A DNA stretch of 64,000 nucleotides from NCBI GenBank assembly GCA_951406725.2, contig OX597827.1:50964001-51028000 (forward strand), given 5' to 3'. This document shows, in pieces, positions 54,269 to 64,000 of the stretch (its first letter is position 1; every line of letters starts with the position of its first letter). A program made the position numbers and the translations under genes. The notes below the pieces were generated by a model that did not search any database, was not told the DNA's origin, and worked only from the letters and a program-made list of their open reading frames with translations. The stretch is from Octopus vulgaris (taxonomy: Eukaryota).

Positions 54269-55861
54269 GCAAGTTGTGTTATTTTCTTCCCACTAATAAA
54301 GGGAAAGTCAGTACCCATGACCCTTTATTTTTTAAGGCCTTTAAAACTGGGCAGGAAGGATAGGAAGTTTTCCTCAAATTAGGGACCTAATCCAGACATT
54401 TGTGACAATGTGTGGATGCTGCTAAAATCTCACAAGAACCAGCTGCAGATGTTTAAACCAGGCAAAGAGCCAGAACTGCATACTGTAAAACATTCTCTTT
54501 GCTACTTTAACAAGTCCACCACTCTGGGGAATATCTTTTATTTTCTCAACCCTAATAGGATAAAATATAGAATTGACATAGGTGGGATTTGAACCTAAAG
54601 TGTGGAGAGCCAAGATAAATACTGCAAGATACTTAGAATTCTGTGCTAATAACTTTTCCACTTCACCAGTGGATAATTATTTTTGTGTGAAAAATGCATT
54701 GTGCTCAGACTGTGTAAAACTCTTTTAATCATTAGAATGTCAGTCAAAACATCATGCAGTATTTAGTCAAACCTCTTTATGTTTTCCTCTATCTCATGGC
54801 TATGGCAAAAAAGATTGGTGGACAAGGCTAAATTGACTGAAGACAGATACTTTCTTCTTGAATTAGAAAGAAAGATAAGAGCAGAGAGAGAGGTTCATCC
54901 ACCCATAAATTTGTTAAAAGATGGTTGACAGTGGTGAACATAGCAAGAGAGTGGTTCTATTTTAAGCAAGCATTTGTAGATCTGAGGACAACATGTAAGA
55001 GAAGGTATTTGCTCTTAGTAATCAATATAATTCTGAATCAGTAAGTGTTTTTTTATTGATCCTGGTTAGAGACACCCCTGTTTCACCATTTATTTCTATA
55101 CTATAAAGAAATTTGATTTCATTTGTTGTTTTTCCTGACTCAATTTTTGAGAAAACTGCCCTGCCTCTGTCACTTTATATTATCTGTCTTTGTAGTGTCT
55201 CCTTCATTTGGTGCCCCAAAGACAAATAAAAGACAAATGTTATCATCATCATTGTCATTGTTGTTCAGTGACAGAAATGATAATTTATCTCTGCCTCTTA
55301 TATTCTAAGATCAAAGTCTCAGTTCCATCATCTGGCAATGACTTTAATCTGTCTTCACTCTATAATTCTTTCTACTATAGGCACAAGGCCAGAAATTCAA
55401 GGGAAAGGACTAGTCAATTACATCAACCCCAATATTTCACTGGTACTTAATTTATCAACCCCAAAAGGATGAAAGTCAAAGTCAACCTTGGTAGAATTTG
55501 AACTTAGAACATAAAGGCGGACAAAATACTGTGAAGCATGCTAACGATTCTGCCTGCGTGTCACCTGACCTTCATTCTATAATTAGGATACATTAATATC
55601 ATTACTTGATAATCTGAAAAGATGGTGAAATCGACAGTTGCAATGAAATTGATGGTTAATCTTGTATTTGAATATGGTTACATATATGTATGCACACACA
55701 TACATACATGCACACATACATAATACATACATACATACATACATACATACATACATACATACATACAAACATACATACATACATACATACATACATACAT
55801 ACATACATTCATTCATTCATTGTTATTCAATTAATATATTTCAAATATTTATTTCTTTCAG

Positions 55862-56157
55862 AAAATTTACAGTTGATCGGGCCTCTAGAACAAAAAGTAA
55901 AAAACTTTTATAATTCCTGCCTTTTGGAGAGTGATGGCTTCAAACAAGATATCCGGAAAAAAACACTTGACTCTTTGAAAAAACTTATCCATAAAGTTGG
56001 TGGCTGGAGTTTTAAAAATGCCACCAACAGTACAATTTTATATCCTGAGTGGACATTTGAGTCTGTTTTACTTGAGATACATCTCCTGGACATATGGCCT
56101 CTATTTCGAATCACAGTTGATGTTGATGAAATGGATCTGTCAAGGAATATATTCAAG
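55862..56157 (+). CDS. M13 peptidase coding exon 3
   Basis: tttctttcag|AA...TTCAAG|gtaata, phase 1 to 0, matching exon 2. ENLQLIGPLEQKVKNFYNSCL...LIHKVGGWS...WTFESVL...PLFRITVDVDEMDLSRNIFK has the M13 motifs KxKxFYxSC, GGW and PLFxxxVxxD. Confidence 0.93.
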
Positions 56158-56298
56158 GTAATACACTACATTGTTGCTTTTGTTTTCTTTCCATTTTATT
56201 GATGTATTTCTTAAACACCTGATGAGATTTTATTTATATTCCACTACGATTAATGACATTGTGACATTACTAGCCATTCACTTGAAAGAGAAATTTAA

Positions 56299-56474
56299 TC
56301 CTTTAGTATTTAAACTGGCCATATCCAGGCTCTCTCGCCTACCCTATAATGTTATTCTAAAAACAAAGAATCACTTCATTGAAATCTTGAAACTACAAGA
56401 TAATGCATAACTAATTCAAAACAATGTGAATAAATAAACCCTACATTTGTTAGAGTAATCTGAATGCTAAAGGG
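56299..56474. mobile_element. piggyBac-type MITE (second family)
   Basis: TTAA|TCCTTTAGTATT...AATGCTAAAGGG|TTAA. Confidence 0.75.
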
Positions 56475-58402
56475 TTAATCATATGATATTTAGATTTGTG
56501 TGTGAAAATATCTGTGGTTAATGAGTCAAATAATATATGGCTGTGATTTGTTACACTTAAAACAAATACAGCTCAATAACAATTGTCCTCTGATAGAACT
56601 TGTTTTTGAAACATTGCTCCTTAAACTAAATACAAGAACATATTCTCTATAATAATGTTTCGTTGATAAAAATATTTAAGGAAAAATACATTGTACTAAT
56701 AATCAAAAGATATAAGCAATTTGGTTTTATATGCTTATCTTACTTAGAATTATGTGTCATTCTATAGCATGCTTGTGGTATTATGTAGTGGATAGGGCTT
56801 TGGGCTCAGAAGTTGTGGAAGAAAGCAGGTTTCACAAGCAATATCAAAGTAGCGAGGTATTGGATATATTTAGCCTGGATAGAAGCTAAGAATCAGCTAT
56901 TCAGTAACGCTCTGTATTCTGAGGTAAAGGTTTCAAATTGCTAAGCAATGCTCTCATATAAAGTAAGATGCCATTAAGAAAAGTTTGCCTGCAATGACAA
57001 TAGTACAATGACTCTCAGTAATGAGAAAAAGAAAGAGGTGTACAAGTAAAAATAGGAGACTGTTGAATGAGAATTTTGAACTGCATGGCAAGAGACTAAT
57101 CTATATAAAACCAACAGAGTGGTCATCTATCAAGTTAGCTATCAAGGCTACTAAGGAAATGAAAGCAAGGAAAGCAACAAGTCCAATGAAGATTATACTG
57201 ATCTATTGATGACACAAAGATATATAATTCATACATTCAATACTTGTCTAATTAATACGATGGTGTAAGAAAGTGTTATCTCTAATGACTGGAGTACAAG
57301 TATCATCATCAATTGGTTAAAGGAAAATAATTAGCACTAAAGAAAAGCAATTATAGAAGTTACAAACAGTTGAAATAAGTTTTGAAAGTCATTGATAACA
57401 TTTTAGCAAGTTAGAGCAACATAAGAATAAAATGCAATCTGGGCTGTTGTTACAGATGCTTAATCACTATTCAACACTGATTGGGAAGAATTGTAAGCAT
57501 TATTCACTATATACATCCATTTTTTTTTTAAATAGTAAAATGTAATTTTCAAGGATATTTGCTTGTTAATACCTCAAGCATTAACATACAGTCTCCCTTT
57601 GATGCACTTGTCTTTGTACTAGTAATTCTTAAATGCATTTTGCTCACCTGCAAGAGAAGTTATTACTTCAAGAAAAAATTTCTCAACCATGCATGAGTAA
57701 ACCCAGAAAGGATTTTGGACAGCATCCTACTCTCTAAAACCAAAGAAAGTGACATACAGATACAAAAAAACTGGTGAGAGCACCTGAAGCTATGTAAATT
57801 GGTGAGTGGAGGCTGTAAATAAAGTTATGGTTCTCAGCAAATTCAAGGAAGAATTTAATACAAAAGTAGTTTCACCAGATTTCTTATTTTGTTTTATTTG
57901 TTAAATCTAGTTATTGGTAATAGACTGGTTATAGGTGAAAGAGCTTGCTTTGAGATGTGACATTCTTCTGAGAGCCTCACATAATAATATACATCTTTTA
58001 GTCATAGGAGCAAGAGCAGAGTACTGTTGACCCTTTTCGAGGCCTCCAACATTGGTAGGAAGATGGAATGAAATTATCTTTAGAGTGGAGACCTGATCCA
58101 AATATTTGCAACTGAATGGACTCTGCTAATGGATTCAGGGGCAAGTGGGATTTTAATGGCAAATGACTAATTAACTCTATCTCACAAGAATAAGAAGGTT
58201 ATTTTGACTGGTTTCCACAGTCTCCATCTCTCAAATTACCCTTACAAGACTTTGATGAACCCAAGTCCATTGTAGAAGACTTGAAGAAACTTGATCAAGA
58301 TACTGCACAAGGGGATTGAACCCAAAAGCACATAGCTTCAAAGCAAACTTAAACCACAAAGCAATATCCGTGATCATACCCATCCAAACACCCATCATAT
58401 AT

Positions 58403-59039
58403 ACAGTCCTGAAAGAAACAAGAAAGAAGTTAAAATACTTAAGGGATACTAAATTATCTGCATTTTATAACAGGCATACAGAGAAGATCAGAATTAACAC
58501 CACTAAATTCCCAAATACTGTCTACATTAATATTGCAATTTCCTATGAAAAATTATTTTAGCAATATCAATATGTTCTTGAAATCTATACTATGCATTAA
58601 TATCGTTATTTCTAAATTCACATTCTCTTAGTCAGTTTGGTTAATATTCTCTTCATAAGAATGCAATGTAGATACGCTATTTTATTTTATTTTTTCTCTC
58701 TCGTGTTAGATTACACATGTGATATTGCATATCATGTTATTTGGTTTTATTGGATCAATTTAGTCATTGTTTACAGATTTTTAGTTAGATCTCAGATGAA
58801 AATATTTCCTTGCTTATGTTTTATCAGAGCCAACTTTTCATCTTCTTAATTTATGAGTCTTAATATTCAGTTTCTTCCTCCTAGCATATAAAGCAGATTG
58901 ATTACTTGAGTATCAGATTGATTGCGTATTTTCACTGAATCGTTATTTGCTTTTATCCTACATTACAGATCAAGTGTTTGCCTTCTTTTTAGAATGCAGC
59001 TTTTACAGTTGAAGATCCAGTTGTTTACTCAATTCATAA
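58403..59039 (+). repeat. About 630-bp direct repeat, copy 2
   Basis: Matches 50429-51060 with scattered substitutions and one small indel. Confidence 0.92.
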
Positions 59040-60254
59040 GGTATATGAGGCTGTAACACAACAATCAGTACTGTTGTGCAAGAGAGCTTTTATAAGCTGA
59101 TAGCAGAATTCCCATTGCTGAATCTGTAGAAGAGCTGCAAAAAATTCCAATCTTACAAAATTGACTCAGTAAAAAAAGTGCCTAGCAACATAAATTCTAA
59201 TACCTCTGGGAAATACCTTAATTCTACATATAAGAAAAAGTAGGAGGAAATTTGTTACATAGCACAAATAATTGGGTACTCAACAACTATAACTTTTGTG
59301 TCATCAGTTTGTGCAAAGTAGGAAGGTAAAGATGGGGTAGAAGAATTTCAGGAAGCTGCTGCTTCTCTTGATAAAGTAATAAAGAATTTCTCTTGGTGAT
59401 AGAGTGTATAAAGAATATATAGAAAGCATGATGCTGCATGGTTTTGTGATAGGAGCACTGAATATGCAAGAAAGGCAGAGTGAAAAACAAATAGTTAGGC
59501 ATGATCTACTGTATGTGCAATGTAAAGCAGATTCAGTGAGCAGAGGGATTGACTTAGCTTAAAATGTATTAGCCATTATATACAGAAGAGATTACTGCAG
59601 CAGCTTAGATATGTGCTACAAATGGTCAATAAATTCTGAGAAAATATGTAAGGAGATAATAGTGAAAGAGGCCTATGACTGGGGAAGTCAAAAAAAATCA
59701 TAGGCAGAATTGGTGAGGTCAACTTACAAGATGATCAACTAAATCTTAGAGATAAGATTACTCAGAATCAACACAAGTAGAAATCTGTCAAACAGTCTGT
59801 GTGAATATAAAACAATTAAGATAATTCAAGTGGAAAATTATGCTATGGATGTAAAACTTTATAATTGGTGAACCAACACAAATTTACGAAAGCTTAGAAA
59901 CCTCTTTTGTGTCAGTATTTGTCCCCCACCATTGCTTGATAACCGATGCAGGTGTGTTTACATCCCTGTAACTTAGTGGTTTTTCAAAAGAGACCAAAAT
60001 AATAAGTACCAGGTTTTAAAAAAATGTAAGTACTAGGGTTGATTTGTTCAACTAAAATACAGCAATTCCACAAGCTAATGGCTGAAACAAGTAGAAGGTA
60101 AAAGATAAAAGATAAGTCTAATGGTTACTAAAACTGGATGACTAGACATAAATTAACAAAGACACATCGGTAGGTGTGTGAACATTTTGGAAAATAAAAA
60201 CATTACTAAGTATATAGTTGATAGGTAAGTAGGTTGTTGTTGCCATTGTTGGTA

Positions 60255-60690
60255 TAGTTATAATTTAACCCCGGGCCAGCCCTGGCCTACCTGATCTATG
60301 ACCAAAGATATTCTAATCATGGTGACTATCATGTTTTTTTTCCTAACCATAATGTATGTATCCATGTCACATTACACAATATTACCTTCTTTTCTAAGGC
60401 AGTATGGTGTAATTTAAGGGAATTTAGCAGCTATTTTTTAGTCAGTTGAACAGTAGCATAGAGGTAACAACAACATGATGTTGTTTATTCCAAAGCCAAG
60501 TGCTAATCAAGCCGACCATTAATCAGAAGGCATTCCAGCTGTGATCATCCTGTCTGTTTTGCTTTATAGATACACTGTGTCTGTCTAAGATAACATTATC
60601 CAATGTGTCTTTTTTAAGACAATAGATGTCATTTGAAAAAGAGTTTGATTTTTATTTCTGACAGGTTGGGTGACCACATAGAGGTTTTCT
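60255..60690 (+). repeat. Two tandem copies of an old dispersed repeat
   Basis: Motifs GACCTATGAxCAAAG(G)CATTCC and GTGTAATTTGAGGGAxTTxGCTxxTATTTCT recur at about 1850, 37050, 45430, 45960 and 62000. Confidence 0.55.
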
Positions 60691-60764
60691 TGTTTATTCA
60701 GAATACACACGTAGATATTTAAATGAGATTCTTTTTTTTTATGACATATGATCTTTATTAACAG

Positions 60765-60860
60765 ATTGGAATTGGGAGTAATTTCCTTGATTCACACAGA
60801 CATCCATTATCAAGCAATCAAGGCAATGAAACATCACTCCACGGGCAGCTATATGCTCAG
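60765..60860 (+). CDS. M13 peptidase coding exon 4 (divergent)
   Basis: ttattaacag|ATT...GCTCAG|gtaaat, 96 nt, phase 0 to 0, open frame IGIGSNFLDSHRHPLSSNQGNETSLHGQLYAQ. It fits between exons 3 and 5 by position and phase, but similarity to the family consensus is weak. Confidence 0.7.
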
Positions 60861-60956
60861 GTAAATATTATTTTTTAGGACATTATTTGTACTTCTGTGT
60901 ATTTTTATGATAAACTTTAATATCACAAACTTCTAATATTATTTTTAATATCTTAA

Positions 60957-61178
60957 CCCTTTTGATACCAACCTGGCTGAAGCCAGCTATGACTCTGTTG
61001 TACAAATGTCTTGTTTGCATAAGTTTTGAATTAAAATCTTCCACCAAACCTTAGTCACCAATTTATGTTCCTAACACTAGCTTAATGATAACAAAGTTAT
61101 TTCACTAAATTCTTTGTTATATTTAAAATAATTGAAAGAAACACAGAGCATCTCAACAGAAATACAGTAATGAAAGGG
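60957..61178. mobile_element. piggyBac-type MITE, inverted relative to the 7134 copy, followed by SINE A (about 61183-61370)
   Basis: TTAA|CCCTTTTGATACC...GAAAGGG|TTAA. Confidence 0.85.
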
Positions 61179-62879
61179 TTAAGGTGGTTAGCTGGCAGAA
61201 TTATTAGCATGCAATCTTTACATTCTGAGTTCAAATTCTGCTGAGGTCCACTTTGCCTTTCATCCTTTCGAGATTGCTAATGTAAGTACCAGTCGAGCAC
61301 TGGTGTTGATGTAATTGACTTAACTCCTTCCCCCAAATTGCTGGCCTTGTGCCAAAATTTGAAACCAATATTATTTATATTTTGTACTATTTATCAATTT
61401 GTATTTTTCCCAAATGAAATTACTCTTTAATCATTTCATTTTAATACATGTTATAAATATGCAAACTCTATCTTGATTGTACTCCATACAAAATATTCTG
61501 AAAACTATCTCGAATATGGGGAGATTTAATAAAATGACAAACTTTATCATCATCAAGCTGGTGTTTAGGACATAACAAATTTCTTATTGGAGGGTTAAAA
61601 CCAGAATTGGTTATATGCAAGTTGCTATCATAAAAGACTCTGTCATACCTCTTTAGCAAGTTTGATGTTTCCATTTTGAGTAGCAAACATGTGGACTTCA
61701 GTCCCAGACTGACACTATAGATACTGTAACTTCTAGTATATTCTTAATTCCTGTATCTCCCAATTACAAGAAAATGGGTAGAAAAATCTTTTACTGATGG
61801 TTTATTAACCACCAAATTTATTAGTTGTAGAGATGGTGGCCTGTGGTTCTGAGTGTTATTATTGCTTGTGTTGTATCTCATCCTTTTAATTTTGCTAACA
61901 TGATTTTAGCAAAATGTTGATGCTGTCTTTGATATCACATCTCAGAGCAAAATTAGTTCTGTGCATTGTAAAAAAAATATTGTTATCTACATATGTTGTT
62001 GTTTAGTCCAAAGTCACCCCTGATCAAATATATCTATGATCAATGACATTTCTGCCTTTTAAGTTGGCAGGGTGTGATTTGAGGGAATTTTGCTATTATT
62101 TCTAACAAGTTAAGTGACCATGTAGATCTCCTTTATTGTAGAGACTACAGGTGATCTTGAAAGTGTTAAAAAGTGAAACTTTCCATCAGAGAAGTTGAGT
62201 ATCTTTGTTGATGATGATGTCAATGGAAGATGAATGATAGAAAATATGAACTAGAGTGAAAAAAAATATACTAAGTATAGAAAACAGTGATAAATTTTAT
62301 CAAAAAGATTATGCAAGACTGAGCTGGTGAATAGAAGGTGATATTAATATAGGAAAGAAATTAAAGCTGATTACTGCATTGATTTTCAGAAATATAAATG
62401 AAGGTTACTGACTTTGATTAAACATTTAATCATCCTGAGCTTGCTAAGGAATAAAGAGATGCTGAATTTCTACACCTGTTGGTTGTGTTATATACACATA
62501 TCCTCATGTATCTAGGAAATCTTTTCCACCAAAATACTCTGTAAAATATATAGTCCAATTAAATAACTGTAACTATCTGAATGCATTGGAAAGAGGAATG
62601 GTTCTCCTTTCTTTCTTTCTTTTTTTCTAAGAATTGAATAAATAAGATTAAAATACTTGTGACATTTTAGTTCCTTCCCCCTTATTAAGTATTGCAAGAA
62701 TCTTTTTCCTTTTTTTTTCTCACTTTTATTTCAATTTAACCTCAATTAAGTCTGCTTGTCTCTGTGACCTGTCGATTGACATTCTAATACATCCTACAAA
62801 CTTTAAAATAAATTGTGCCATCAGCTGGGAGTATATATATCTAAGAGTAATTCTTTTTTGTCAATTTTGAATTTTTCAG

Positions 62880-63008
62880 TATTTAAAAGAATCTTTTGAC
62901 CGCTATCTAAAGGAAACAATTAGAATAATGGAACTTTTTATTGGGAAGTCGGTTAATGTCAGCAAGATGGCATATGAAGTCAGCATTATGGAAAAGACTC
63001 TTGTTCAG
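62880..63008 (+). CDS. M13 peptidase coding exon 5; gene continues past the window
   Basis: atttttcag|TAT...GTTCAG|gtaatt, 129 nt, phase 0 to 0. YLKESFDRYLKETIRIMELFIGKSVNVSKMAYEVSIMEKTLVQ matches the M13 helical pattern Y..Y....LLG....M..V..FE..LA. Confidence 0.82.
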
Positions 63009-64000
63009 GTAATTGTATGGCCACCCAGTCTCACATATCATTTTTACCCATCCCAATGAGATGTAGAAGTTAGTGCAACATATATAGGTGCTGATATGGT
63101 TGGAGTTAAGAGGTTTGCTTCAAAACCACTTAGTTCCACAGGTTTGATCCCTTTGTACAGCACCTTGGAGATATTTCTTTGATTGACTAATATCGTCTAA
63201 ATGGAATTTGGTAGATGGTCATATATGTATACATATACATATATAAACATACACACACACATACACACACACATGTACGCAATAGAAAACTAAACAATAC
63301 TAAATAATGAATATATACACGATGATATATTATATATTAGATATGTAAGATGATATACTAGTTGTAATAGACACATCAAAAGTCTTGGTGGACCTGTAGA
63401 ACAATAATAATACAACTGCATTTCTAGACATAAACATTCAGATCACAGACAATATATATTTTATATTAGTTTACATAAAAGACACACAAATACCTGTTCT
63501 GACATGGAGATAGCAAATACCCACATAACTACAAAGTGTCAGTGGTAAAATCATTACTTATTGGAGCATTTAGAGTCTCTTTCACAAATGAAACAATTGA
63601 TAAAGAAATCCATAGAAAAACAAATACTAATTAACAATGACTATTCAAAGAGACTAGTAGACCAAGCTACTGATGAATATAGACAGGAATACAATGCATT
63701 ACACAATATTACTACTAAAAATACATATATTACACACAAAATACACAAAGTGAATCAAATGCAAACCAGGTAGAGAATAGACAAACATTTTATCAAAAAT
63801 CTTGTAAAACAAAATGCTTCACACACCAAACCACGAGCTGACGCTAGAAATATGCTACAAAAACAATAAGATAAAAAACCAACTTCTGAACTATGCTATA
63901 TCGTATTTTCTATAGTTTATAATAGCTCTGTGTCTAATTCTATGATAACATTTCTGGAACTGAGCTCATAACTGCAAACCAATGGTCTGACAGTGTTGTT

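Noticed and set aside
55690-56202. Whole ORFs 55690-56202, 5027-5491 and 8940-9131 as single-exon genes
   Set aside because: Only the splice-bounded parts resemble M13. The extensions are intron or microsatellite read-through.
57642-57659. Minus-strand cttctcttgcag|GTGAGC recursive splice-site motif
   Set aside because: It is antisense to the supported gene and lies in a degraded LINE-like tract, so it is probably chance.

Overview
AT-rich, CpG-depleted, repeat-dense animal genomic DNA. The SINE families and microsatellite load point to an octopus (coleoid cephalopod); this is an inference, not a database result. One protein-coding gene is well supported: a + strand M13-family (neprilysin/endothelin-converting-enzyme-like) type II membrane metallopeptidase. 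Five phase-consistent GT-AG coding exons lie at 5177-5387, 8881-9090, 55862-56157, 60765-60860 and 62880-63008 (314 codons). The catalytic HExxH half lies beyond the window, and intron 2 is about 46.8 kb. The rest is tRNA-derived SINEs, RTE-type short repeats, LINE remnants (R4/Dong-like, CR1/L2-like), decayed maT and mariner transposons, hAT and piggyBac MITEs, Helitron-like and Penelope-like fragments, and simple repeats. Almost all ORFs in the track are microsatellite or transposon artefacts. The best leads for something new are a CpG-retaining promoter-like patch with a consensus RFX X-box inside intron 2, a possible antisense chain of small exons, a peptidase exon lacking a conserved M13 motif, a 16-bp minisatellite born inside a short repeat element, several fold-back structures, and hammerhead-like motifs. 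None of these is proven from sequence alone.
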